DNA from: Chlorobiota bacterium
GTDB taxonomy: Bacteria > Bacteroidota > Bacteroidia > Bacteroidales > JAADGE01
DNA: 64,000 bases
NCBI GenBank assembly: GCA_013152535.1
Contig: JAADGE010000051.1
Span: 70,735 to 134,734, forward strand
Reading direction: 5' to 3'
The notes under the pieces were generated by a model. That model saw nothing but the letters and a program-made list of their open reading frames with translations, searched no databases and was not told the DNA's origin. Both the position numbers and the translations under genes were made by a program. Positions 45,974 through 54,733 of the stretch are shown in pieces (position 1 is the first letter of the stretch; each line of letters begins with the position of its first letter).

Positions 45974-47200
45974 TTATAAATTAATTGCCTGTAAAATATT
46001 TTCAGATGCTCCGATATTTTCTTTCACGTAAATTTCGGCATTTTTCCCGCTTTGTATTTTGAAATTAGTATCAGTTATCAACTTTCGTATTATTTGAAAA
46101 AATTCGTTCCTGTCAGCAATCGAAAAACCGGCTTTCCTGCTGATTAATTCTTTTGCTTCATCAAATTTTGAATACTTCGGACCAAAAATAACCGGAATAC
46201 CGTAAACAGCAGCTTCAAGCGTATTATGAATTCCTGTTCCGAAACCGCCTCCTATGTAAGCTATGTCGGCATAAGCATACAAAGATGATAACATTCCGAT
46301 ATTATCAATAATTATTATATCGGCATCAATTACATTTTCAAAATTACTTTCGGAATAACGAATTATAGTTTTTCGACTCAAATTTTGTATTCTTTTTATA
46401 TTTTCATCTTTAATTTCATGCGGAACAATAATGTATTTAATATTCTGAATATCAGATGAATTGATGAATTGAAAAATAATATCTTCATCCGGCTTCCAAG
46501 TGCTTCCCGCAATAAACACAAACGATTTATCCGTAAATTTATCAATGATTTCAAACTGTTTTCGGCTTTGAACAATTTCAAAAACACGATCAAAACGTGT
46601 ATCTCCCGTTACCGTAACATTTTTTATTCCAATATCAAAAAGAAGTTTTTCGGAACTTGCGTTTTGAACAAATAAATGTGTAAAATTTTTTAATATCTTT
46701 ATGAAAAAGTTACCGTAAGATTTAAAAAACAGTTGGTTTTTTCTGAATATTCCGGAAATCAGATAAATCGGAATTGAATTTTTCTGAAGTTCATTTAAAT
46801 ACCAAAACCAAAATTCATATTTTACAAAAAAAACTAATTTCGGATTTAGTAATGAGATTAATTTTTCGGCATTTTTATGTGTATCATTAGGCAAATAAAA
46901 AACGATATCGGCTGATTCATAATTTTTTTGCATTTCATAACCCGAAGACGAAAAAAAACTTAAAGCAATTTTATAATCAGGATATTGTAATTTTATTTTT
47001 TCAATTAAAGGTCTTCCCTGCTCAAACTCTCCGAGTGAAGCACAATGAACCCAAATCAAATTACCGGATTTAAGCTGATTAAGTTTAACAAAAGTTTGTT
47101 TAGCACCCTTGGACCTCAACTTGGCTTTTGTATTAAAAAAAGAAGCAACTTTTATTACAGAAGCATAAAAAAAAATACCAATTGAATAAAACCATTTCAT
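45974..47200 (-). CDS. waaA: 3-deoxy-D-manno-octulosonic acid (Kdo) transferase
   Basis: WVHCASLGEFEQGRPLIE, a GT30-type fold, and GGFGTGIHNTLEAAVYGIPVIFGP. The start was moved to the ATG at 47200 because the track's N-terminal extension runs through a terminator hairpin. Confidence 0.88.
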   Translation of the reverse strand: MKWFYSIGIFFYASVIKVASFFNTKAKLRSKGAKQTFVKLNQLKSGNLIWVHCASLGEFEQGRPLIEKIKLQYPDYKIALSFFSSSGYEMQKNYESADIVFYLPNDTHKNAEKLISLLNPKLVFFVKYEFWFWYLNELQKNSIPIYLISGIFRKNQLFFKSYGNFFIKILKNFTHLFVQNASSEKLLFDIGIKNVTVTGDTRFDRVFEIVQSRKQFEIIDKFTDKSFVFIAGSTWKPDEDIIFQFINSSDIQNIKYIIVPHEIKDENIKRIQNLSRKTIIRYSESNFENVIDADIIIIDNIGMLSSLYAYADIAYIGGGFGTGIHNTLEAAVYGIPVIFGPKYSKFDEAKELISRKAGFSIADRNEFFQIIRKLITDTNFKIQSGKNAEIYVKENIGASENILQAINL

Positions 47201-47208
47201 AGTTAAAG

Positions 47209-47234
47209 AAAAAAAGGTTGCAAAAAGCAACCTT
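47209..47234 (-). terminator. Rho-independent terminator after the 47261..47815 gene
   Basis: AAGGTTGC (47214-47221) / GCAACCTT (47227-47234) with a 5-nt loop. The plus-strand A-run 47209-47215 is a U-tail on the minus strand. Confidence 0.6.
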
Positions 47235-47260
47235 CAATATATTTTATTATAAGCATATTA

Positions 47261-47815
47261 TTAAAAAGAAGAATTTTCTGCCGGTTTGTCAAGAACAACG
47301 ACTGTAACACATCCTCTGTTCATCTTTTTTTGTCTTTTAATATTCGCATCTGTACTCTCTGCCTGAGGAACCGGCAGAACTTCTATAATAATTTTCAGCG
47401 TTGTTGAAGTAGCCGGGTAAAAATCAAAATACGGATGTGATGATTTTCCGTTATCTTCATTATAGTAATCTGCTAAAACACAACTTCCTTCCTCTCTGTT
47501 TGCACTTTCTCCGGGTAAATCAAGAACAGTTTCATGTGTGCTTTCATCAATAATTTTAAACTTAATTTTATTATTGAAAACAGCTGCAGCATAAAATTTT
47601 AAACGATAATCTTTTCCCTTTGTTAAAGGAAGAATAAACTCGTAAGTTTGCCCTGTTACACAAACGGCACTGCTTGATTGGTTATTATATTCATACGGTG
47701 CTTCAGGTCTTCTGTATTTGAAAAAATCCGAACATCTCGATTGGGCATCGGAAAACAGAGGAAACAACAGAACTAATGCAATGATATATATTAATTTAGT
47801 TTTCATAATCTTCAA
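47261..47815 (-). CDS. Hypothetical secreted protein
   Basis: Signal peptide (IIALVLLFPLFSDAQS), four Cys and a beta-rich sequence. No recognised motif. Confidence 0.5.
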   Translation of the reverse strand: MKIMKTKLIYIIALVLLFPLFSDAQSRCSDFFKYRRPEAPYEYNNQSSSAVCVTGQTYEFILPLTKGKDYRLKFYAAAVFNNKIKFKIIDESTHETVLDLPGESANREEGSCVLADYYNEDNGKSSHPYFDFYPATSTTLKIIIEVLPVPQAESTDANIKRQKKMNRGCVTVVVLDKPAENSSF

Positions 47816-47834
47816 TTTTAATAGTTAGAATTTT

Positions 47835-48734
47835 TTAAACGTCAGAACCTGTTAATTTATTTCTTACATCTGCAATCACTTTTTTAAGTTTAGTATATTG
47901 ATCTTCAGTCATAACAATTTTAGTTGTTCCTCCGACAATAATTTTATTTGTTTTTGTATTATTGGCATCAGGATTTTCAATTTTTATAACTTCCAACCCG
48001 TCATAAACTTCTTTTATCGGTTGCAGTTCTTTAATTAAATCAGCAACATTCGGATCTGCTTCTCTTTGTTGAAGTGACAAAATAATATTTTCAAAAATGT
48101 TTTTTTGATCTGCAATTAATTGAATAACGTCATTATCTTTTTGATATGTATTTTGCAAATTAGTTACAATATACAAACTTTCGAGCCATCCGCCGACAGA
48201 AATCAGAGATAATGAAGTATTTCTGTCATTATCTTCAAGAAATTTAACAATATCATAATAAGTATCATTAGTAACTTTAAGCAATGAATCTTTATTTGCA
48301 ATTTTCTTAAATCTGCTAACTAAACTTTCTGTAAACACAGAATTTAAACCGATTTTATCACTCAGACTTTCAACAACTTTAAGATATTCTCCCGCCGTAT
48401 TTGTTTGATTAAACGCAGCCGTATATGCCAAATCAGCAGAATAAATTCCGAAACCTATTTCTTGCGATTTTGTATCAATGTATTTATCGGCATTTTCTTT
48501 TGCATTTAACACTTCCCCTGAATATTTTAAATTGCCTTCCTTAGTAAACGCAAACATATCCTTCGGAGAGGGTATTAAGTACGTAATTAAATTATCATCA
48601 TTAATCTCGGTAACATTCTGATTTAGTGAATCTTTACCGTTTTTATTATTATTTGCATCTTCCCCGCATGCCGATACCAGGTACAACATACCGAATGCAA
48701 ATACAACTGTAATTAATTTAAAAGGTGCCTTCAT
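47835..48734 (-). CDS. Hypothetical lipoprotein
   Basis: Start taken at the ATG at 48734 (MKAPFKLITVVFAFGMLYLVSAC, lipobox LVSAC). Mostly helical. No recognised motif. Confidence 0.5.
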   Translation of the reverse strand: MKAPFKLITVVFAFGMLYLVSACGEDANNNKNGKDSLNQNVTEINDDNLITYLIPSPKDMFAFTKEGNLKYSGEVLNAKENADKYIDTKSQEIGFGIYSADLAYTAAFNQTNTAGEYLKVVESLSDKIGLNSVFTESLVSRFKKIANKDSLLKVTNDTYYDIVKFLEDNDRNTSLSLISVGGWLESLYIVTNLQNTYQKDNDVIQLIADQKNIFENIILSLQQREADPNVADLIKELQPIKEVYDGLEVIKIENPDANNTKTNKIIVGGTTKIVMTEDQYTKLKKVIADVRNKLTGSDV

Positions 48735-48895
48735 ATTATATATTTTTATATTACGGAAACAAAGCATAAAGTTATAAAAAACTTTTTTCATAAAAAAATT
48801 AAGCACTATTTTTAATTATTATAATTCTCAAAATACAAAACAGCACAGTCAAACAAAAAAGTCCGAAAACAAATTGCTTCCGAACTTTTACTTTG

Positions 48896-48966
48896 CTGAC
48901 CCACCAGGATTCGAACCTGAAACGGCTGGACCAAAACCAGCTGTGTTACCATTACACCATGGGTCA
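48896..48966 (-). tRNA. tRNA-Gln (anticodon UUG)
   Basis: The minus strand reads TGACCCA TG GTGT AATGGTA ACAC A GCTGG TTTTGGT CCAGC CGTT TCAGG TTCGAAT CCTGG TGGGTCA G. This is a full cloverleaf: 7-bp acceptor, 4-bp D stem, 5-bp anticodon stem, TTCGAAT T-loop and anticodon TTG. CCA is not encoded. Confidence 0.85.
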
Positions 48967-49073
48967 TTAATTAAGGAGTGCAAAATTATTATATTTTTTT
49001 TAATTTATTCAAATTTTTATAAATTTATTTTAAAAATGTTTATCTTTATTGAACAAAAAACATCTGAAATTAA

Positions 49074-49604
49074 ATGAAACAAGTATTTCTTTCATTGGGA
49101 AGTAACAAAGGCAACCGTTTTCTGCAAATACAGGAATCCGTTAAAGAAATTCAACATTCCGTCGGAACAATTATCCGAATTTCCGATATTTTCGAAAGTA
49201 AATCATGGGCTTACGAAGATACCGATTACTTAAATGTCGTTATTAAAATTGAAACAACATTATCTCCCGAAAAACTTTTAAAAGAGACACAAAACATTGA
49301 GAAAAAACTCGGAAGAATGTCAAAAACACAAATAATAAACAATAAACCGATTTATTCATCACGAAAAATTGATATCGATATTTTATTTTACGAAAATAAA
49401 ACTATCAATTCCGAGAAGTTGACAATCCCCCACCCTCTCATGCATCTTCGTCGGTTTGTGCTGCAACCGATGATGCAAATTGCTCCGAATTTTATTCATC
49501 CTGTTTTTGGTAAAAAAATTGAGACCTTATATATAAGGTGTGAAGATAAAAATTTTCTCACGCTTTTTAAGAAGATACAAGCGAAAGATTTTCGTCTGCC
49601 TTAA
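49074..49604 (+). CDS. folK: 2-amino-4-hydroxy-6-hydroxymethyldihydropteridine diphosphokinase
   Basis: VFLSLGSNKGNR, the (R)KIDIDILFY block and L.IPHP.MH.R.FVL.P. The 3' end overlaps the convergent umuC-like gene by 38 nt. Confidence 0.88.
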   Translation: MKQVFLSLGSNKGNRFLQIQESVKEIQHSVGTIIRISDIFESKSWAYEDTDYLNVVIKIETTLSPEKLLKETQNIEKKLGRMSKTQIINNKPIYSSRKIDIDILFYENKTINSEKLTIPHPLMHLRRFVLQPMMQIAPNFIHPVFGKKIETLYIRCEDKNFLTLFKKIQAKDFRLP

Positions 49605-50849
49605 CCGTAATAATTTGCTTCCATGAAGTGGTATATTGCGGAGAAAGTCGTTCCTGAACAGAAATTTTAGTGTCATTGCCCTGCACGGCATATTTTACCG
49701 CATCTCTCCCGTAAGATGCATTTAATAAATCAATTGCTTTAAAAACATGCTTATGTTTTGGGCGATTAATCGTATCAAAAAGAGAGTATTGTAAATGTTT
49801 TGCATCCTGCAAACCGAATAACATAACTCCTGCTCGTTTATATTTATAACCGCTTACAAAAATTGTATCAAGTAAATTCAAAGCATACTTTATTAACTCA
49901 AAAGTATCGTTTGAAGGTACCGGTAAATCAACTGTTTTGGAATTATAATAATGATATTCAGGATTTTTAAATCTGCTTGTTTCTATAAAAACCCCAATCA
50001 TATTTGCTGCGGAATGTTGAAATCGCAGTTTCTCGCATAATCGTACCGTAAAAGTTGAAATAACAGCCTTTAAGTCAGCTTTAGTTTTAATAGTATGCTT
50101 AAATGTTCGAGTATGTATTATATTTTTGCGTTCTTCGCTAATACTGTCCGTACTAATACAGGAAATACCTTTTAATTCTTTTACGGTTCTTAAACCCGTA
50201 ACAGTCATATGCTTTTTTACAAATTGTTCATTAGTATTTCTCAAATCCGAAGCCGATTTTATGTTGTTGGCTTTCAAAAATTTCTTAAACTGTCTGCCGA
50301 CACCCCAAATTTCACCGACATCAATTAATTTCAAAGCATCTTGAATTTTTTTATCGTTATCAAGTATTAAAATATTTTGAAATTTAGGATAACGCTTTGC
50401 ATAAAAGGCAGCAACTTTTGCCAATGTTTTTGTGGGAGCAATACCGACAGAAACGGGTAATCCCAAATATTTCAGCAGTTTATTTTTTATTTCGAATGCA
50501 GTTTCTGATAAATCTTTACTGCAATTATTCAAATCAATAAAAACCTCATCAACAGAATAAACAGTAATATTATCAACAATTTGCCGCACAACCTGCACCA
50601 TACGGTCGGACATATCGGCATACAGCGGATAATTTGAAGACAATACAGCAACACCCTGTTCTTTTAGCCAATCCTTTTTTTGAAAAAAAATATGCCCCAT
50701 TTTTATACCGAGTTTTTTGCCTCATTCGAGCGTGCAATAATACAGCCGTCGTTATTTGACAATATAACAACAGGTTTGTTTCTCAACTCAGGGTCAAAAA
50801 TCCTTTCGCAGGAAGCGTAAAAGTTGTTTATGTCAACAATTGCAAACAT
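49567..50849 (-). pseudogene. umuC: UmuC-type Y-family DNA polymerase split by a 1-nt frameshift in a homopolymer
   Basis: The N-terminal 48 codons (50849..50703: MFAIVDINNFYASCERIFDPELRNKPVVILSNNDGCIIARSNEAK-NSV*) end shortly after an A6 run (plus strand T6 at 50713-50718). One extra A would read ...EAKKLGIKMGHIFFQKKDW... and join exactly to the 377-aa ORF 49567..50700 (SSNYPLYADMSDRM..., C-terminal LSPQYTTSW). Confidence 0.8.
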
Positions 50850-50913
50850 AAAAAAGGTCTGTTATTCATTGCAAAGATACGAACAACAAACCTAAATTTA
50901 TTGATTGTTAAAA

Positions 50914-51804
50914 CTATTTTTTAAATCGGTCAGCAACAATCAGTTCTTTTGTTTTATGTGTCCATGAATAAAAACCTTCTCCGGATTTTACACCGAGAAT
51001 TCCGGCATTAACCATAGTTCTAAGCAATGGCGAGGGTGCATATTTTGCTTCTCCCAAACCTTCATAAAGCACTTCCGTAATGGCAAGACAAACATCAAGT
51101 CCTATAAAATCAGCCAATTGCAAAGGACCCATAGGATGAGCCATTCCGAGTTTCATTACAGTATCAATTTCGGCAACTCCGGCAACGCCTCTGTTTAAAG
51201 TAATTATTGCTTCATTAATCATCGGTATTAAAATTCTGTTAGCCACAAAACCGGGAAAATCGTTAACTTCTACCGGTACTTTACCAAGTTTTTTTGCCAA
51301 TTCCATAATGCTGCTCAAAACCTCATCGGATGTTTTATATCCTTTTATAACTTCCACTAATTTCATAATAGGAACCGGATTCATAAAGTGCATTCCGATA
51401 ACTTTATCAGGTTTTCCGGTAACGGCAGCTATTTTTGTTATGGAAATAGATGATGTATTTGATGCCAAAACCGCTTCGGGTTTAGACTCTTCGTCTAATT
51501 CTTTGAAAATTTTCAGTTTAATTTCTTCGTTTTCGGTAGCTGCTTCGATAATTAGATCAGCATCTTCAATACCCTTTTTTATACTTGTATAAGTTGTTAA
51601 TCGATTAAAAGTATCTTCTTTATCTGTTTCGCTGATAATTTCTTTTTTAATTAATCGATCGAGATTTTTTTTAATTGTTGCCAAAGCTTTGTCCAATGCC
51701 GATTCACTGATATCAACCAATGCTGTTTCAAATCCTGATTGTGCAAAAACGTGAGCAATACCGTTTCCCATAGTGCCGGCACCTATAACTGCTATTTTTT
51801 TCAT
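50914..51804 (-). CDS. hbd: 3-hydroxybutyryl-CoA dehydrogenase
   Basis: Rossmann N-terminus IAVIGAGTMGNGIA, SNTSSISIT, HFMNPVPIMKLVE and GFVANRIL. Confidence 0.92.
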   Translation of the reverse strand: MKKIAVIGAGTMGNGIAHVFAQSGFETALVDISESALDKALATIKKNLDRLIKKEIISETDKEDTFNRLTTYTSIKKGIEDADLIIEAATENEEIKLKIFKELDEESKPEAVLASNTSSISITKIAAVTGKPDKVIGMHFMNPVPIMKLVEVIKGYKTSDEVLSSIMELAKKLGKVPVEVNDFPGFVANRILIPMINEAIITLNRGVAGVAEIDTVMKLGMAHPMGPLQLADFIGLDVCLAITEVLYEGLGEAKYAPSPLLRTMVNAGILGVKSGEGFYSWTHKTKELIVADRFKK

Positions 51805-51842
51805 ATCTTATATATTTTAAAATTATTATATTCAACAATCCT

Positions 51843-51850
51843 CAAAATTA
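51843..51850 (-). promoter_or_regulatory. Bacteroidota -7 promoter box for hbd
   Basis: The minus strand reads TAATTTTG, 38 nt upstream of the ATG at 51804. Confidence 0.35.
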
Positions 51851-52018
51851 CAAAATATCGGGTGCCGAATGAAAGATTTTCAGAATATTTTCCATAAAAA
51901 TAATCGGATTCAATACTTAATTAACATTTAAGGTTTCTTATAAATATTCGATTTTACATTAAATATCACAGAAAAACATTAAAAAATGTATCAATCTTAT
52001 TAATAAAGCCTTAGTTCG

Positions 52019-52049
52019 AAAAAAGAGTTTGCCGCAATTGACAAACTCT
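52019..52049 (-). terminator. Rho-independent terminator after the ferredoxin gene
   Basis: AGAGTTTG (52024-52031) / CAAACTCT (52042-52049). The plus-strand A-run 52019-52024 is a U-tail on the minus strand. Confidence 0.6.
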
Positions 52050-52078
52050 CTTAATCTGATATTCAATAATTAAATTAT

Positions 52079-52273
52079 TTATTCTTCTTCAAATTTTATA
52101 ACTTCTACGGGGCATCCTTCGGCTGCTTCTTTAATTGCATCTTCGTTACCTTCAAAGTCTGCACCTTCTTTTACTTCCGATACATCATCAATTTCAAATA
52201 TATCTTCAGCAACTTCTTCGCATAAACCGCAGGAAATACAACCGTCTTCTACCCATACTTTTTTTATTGCCAT
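52079..52273 (-). CDS. Small ferredoxin (single [4Fe-4S]/[3Fe-4S] cluster type)
   Basis: 64 aa and acidic, with CISCGLCEE...C at the N-terminus and a distal EGCPVE Cys-Pro motif. Confidence 0.85.
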   Translation of the reverse strand: MAIKKVWVEDGCISCGLCEEVAEDIFEIDDVSEVKEGADFEGNEDAIKEAAEGCPVEVIKFEEE

Positions 52274-52347
52274 TATTTATAATTTTTGTTGTTAATATTA
52301 TACTTTATGTTCTTTAACAGTACAAATAAAAACATTTTAATTCTAAT

Positions 52348-52384
52348 AAAAAAGCCCTTATTTAGAATGTTTCTAAATAAGGGC
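52348..52384 (-). terminator. Rho-independent terminator after the saccharopine-dehydrogenase-like gene
   Basis: Perfect 14-bp stem GCCCTTATTTAGAA (52354-52367) / TTCTAAATAAGGGC (52371-52384) with a 3-nt loop. The plus-strand A6 (52348-52353) is a U-tail on the minus strand. Confidence 0.7.
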
Positions 52385-52422
52385 GGCTAATTTCCTAAGC
52401 TAAAGGATAATAATGAGTTATG

Positions 52423-53556
52423 TTAATTTATAATCTCTTTTTTAAATTTATATTCTACACCTCTTTGAAGCAGATATTTCAAGATAAATTTAAAGTTGTT
52501 TTCTGAAATTCCGAGATATTCGGGAGGAGAAATGCCTTTATGCGTATATAAATTCTCAGCAAGTAAGTTTACAACAGCCGTACAGGTATATCCGGTGGTT
52601 CTTGCCATTGAACTTGTATCGGTTTCATCATTATAAACATCAAATAACTCGTACACATAACGAATATTTTCTCCTTTTTCAATTCCTTCGCAAGTAATTT
52701 GCATAATCGTAAATTCTTTTTCTCCTTTTTTAAGTTTCCATTTCGGGAAAAGTAATGCTGCCGTTAAATCCAACGGTCTTATTTTCTTACCTTTAACATT
52801 AACTTCCTTTTTATCAAAAAATCCGCAAGCACGCAAAACTTTCATATATTCAACTGTTCCGGGATAGCGCAATGTTTTTTCAATCATATTCGGGATTTTC
52901 ATCGTCTTCATTAAAGTACGAAGTCCGTCGGAATTAAATGATTCTAATGTACCTGCTTTCTCGAAATTAATAAGTTCTGTATCGGAAAGTGCCTCTCTGA
53001 CAACAGTTTCATTATTTTGAATATAACGAGCCGGGCGCATATATTCTTCAATAACATCAATAGGAGAAAAAACTGCTTTATAATCAAAAGGCCATTCACG
53101 AACAAACGGTAATCCGCCGACATAACACTTGTAATCTGACATTTGCATCCGCTCATTATGATATCCGCAAATAATATTTCCCATACCGGGAGCTACGCCG
53201 CAATCAACAATTGCTGTTACATTATTAGTTTCGGCTAACTTATTCAATTCAAAAGCATTTTCCGGAAAAAATGAAATATCAACAACATTTTTTTTGGCTT
53301 TAATGATTTGTTCAAGAGTATGGTAACCCATATATCCGGGAACTGCATTTACAACAAAATCAGCATTTTTAACAGCATTCAAAACATTTGTATCACTTGA
53401 CAAATCTGTTTTATTAACTTGTATATCAAAATTATTCGATAAAAAAGCCAAACTTTTTTCGTCAATATCATAAGATGTTACATCAAATTTTTCATGCAAA
53501 TCTGCTGCGATAGCTTTTCCTACCATCCCTGCACCAAGAACTGAAATTTTCTTCAT
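52423..53556 (-). CDS. Saccharopine dehydrogenase-family NAD(P)-binding oxidoreductase
   Basis: Rossmann start ISVLGAGMVGKAIA, and a CGVAPGMGN segment followed by a C-terminal Sacchrp_dh_C-like region (ARTTGYTCTAV). Exact substrate not assignable. Confidence 0.75.
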   Translation of the reverse strand: MKKISVLGAGMVGKAIAADLHEKFDVTSYDIDEKSLAFLSNNFDIQVNKTDLSSDTNVLNAVKNADFVVNAVPGYMGYHTLEQIIKAKKNVVDISFFPENAFELNKLAETNNVTAIVDCGVAPGMGNIICGYHNERMQMSDYKCYVGGLPFVREWPFDYKAVFSPIDVIEEYMRPARYIQNNETVVREALSDTELINFEKAGTLESFNSDGLRTLMKTMKIPNMIEKTLRYPGTVEYMKVLRACGFFDKKEVNVKGKKIRPLDLTAALLFPKWKLKKGEKEFTIMQITCEGIEKGENIRYVYELFDVYNDETDTSSMARTTGYTCTAVVNLLAENLYTHKGISPPEYLGISENNFKFILKYLLQRGVEYKFKKEIIN

Positions 53557-53574
53557 TTTTGTAGTTTATATATT

Positions 53575-53608
53575 AAAAAAATCCTTACCCAAAAGTAAGG
53601 ATTTTTTT
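53575..53608. terminator. Terminator hairpin after the lysozyme gene (A-run and T-run on both sides)
   Basis: ATCCTTAC (53581-53588) / GTAAGGAT (53595-53602) with a 6-nt loop, flanked by A7 upstream and T7 downstream. Confidence 0.7.
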
Positions 53609-53629
53609 AATTTTATACGTTAACTAATA

Positions 53630-54238
53630 CTACATTTTTCGGTTATACATCTTAATTTCCCATAAACGAATGTTATAAATATATTCACTTCTTACGAGTT
53701 TTCCTTCCGAATTTCTGTAATAACACCATTTTTTCAATTCATCATCAACCGGTTTTCCGGCTAATACTTTTTTTCGAAAGTTACTCTTCAAAAAATTTCC
53801 TATTCCCTTCGCATAAATAAAATGAGCTACAACAATTTTTTTATAACCTTTAACATTTGTTTCTCTTGCGGCAGCTTTAACAGCTTTATCAAAATCTTTT
53901 TTCAATAAATTTTCGGCTTGTTTTTTTGTAATTCTTTCCGGAAATTTTTCACCGGGTTTAATTACATGACCGTAACCGATTGTTTTAATTCCGGCAGCAT
54001 CATAATATGCCTTTCCGCCAGCAAAACCTTCATGGTCTTTTATAAATTCAATAGCTTCTCCGTAACCTTTTTCGAATTGATATTTGCTGATATAATTCTT
54101 TTCGGCATCTCTTATTTCTGCTTCTTTTGTTTCATTGACCGAAATATTCGGTTCAGAAATAAGTTCTCCTAAAAAAGAATTCGGAGCAAACAGCATTCCG
54201 ATTACAAAGACAACTGAACTTTTTAAATAAAATCTCAT
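53630..54238 (-). CDS. Secreted GH24-type (phage-like) lysozyme
   Basis: Signal peptide, then FIKDHEGFAGGKAYYDAAGIKTIGYGHVI (catalytic Glu context E-G...Y.D..G..TIGYGH) and later family-like helices. Confidence 0.8.
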   Translation of the reverse strand: MRFYLKSSVVFVIGMLFAPNSFLGELISEPNISVNETKEAEIRDAEKNYISKYQFEKGYGEAIEFIKDHEGFAGGKAYYDAAGIKTIGYGHVIKPGEKFPERITKKQAENLLKKDFDKAVKAAARETNVKGYKKIVVAHFIYAKGIGNFLKSNFRKKVLAGKPVDDELKKWCYYRNSEGKLVRSEYIYNIRLWEIKMYNRKM

Positions 54239-54733
54239 CTAATTAATTTTCGTTTAACAAAGAACCGGCATCTTTTATCTTTTCCGGTTTTGGGATTTTC
54301 CCTAAAATAAGCATAACTTTCATTATTTCAATATCTTATATTTTAAGAATGCTCATTTTTTTTAAAACGGCGGCAAACATACTGCTTAATTTCTATTCTG
54401 CAAATTTTTTTCAAAAAAGTTCTTATTTTTACGCTTATTTATACTATTTATCAGACAGACTTGTCTGTATCACCTGTTAATCAATATCCTGAGAACAATC
54501 AGTAATTGTAAATTAATTAGAACAAAAACCAAAATACTGCTTATTAACATAAAATTAATTGCCTTAAACACTTATTTTAACGATATTTGTACAGATTTAA
54601 GCAAGTTTTCAACAATTATAAAGGTTATGAATTTAGACGGAAGCATCACTTTATAACCTTTACACACATCTCATTGTAACACCACATTTTAACAATATTT
54701 CTGTTTTTAACAACACTATTAATAAAATCTACT

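Noticed and set aside
48874-49077. 67-aa plus-strand ORF.
   Set aside because: It runs antisense through the tRNA-Gln gene (48896..48966). The G+C-rich tRNA keeps the frame open by chance.
50573-50770. 65-aa minus-strand ORF spanning the umuC frameshift site.
   Set aside because: It is in the third frame, matching neither the N-terminal nor the main UmuC frame. The Cys/Arg-rich translation has no family resemblance.
10666-51804. Thiolase, hbd, ACBP and ferredoxin as a butyrate or PHB pathway cluster.
   Set aside because: The genes are scattered over 40 kb on different strands, separated by unrelated operons. No crotonase, acyl-CoA dehydrogenase/Etf or PHA synthase is present in the window.
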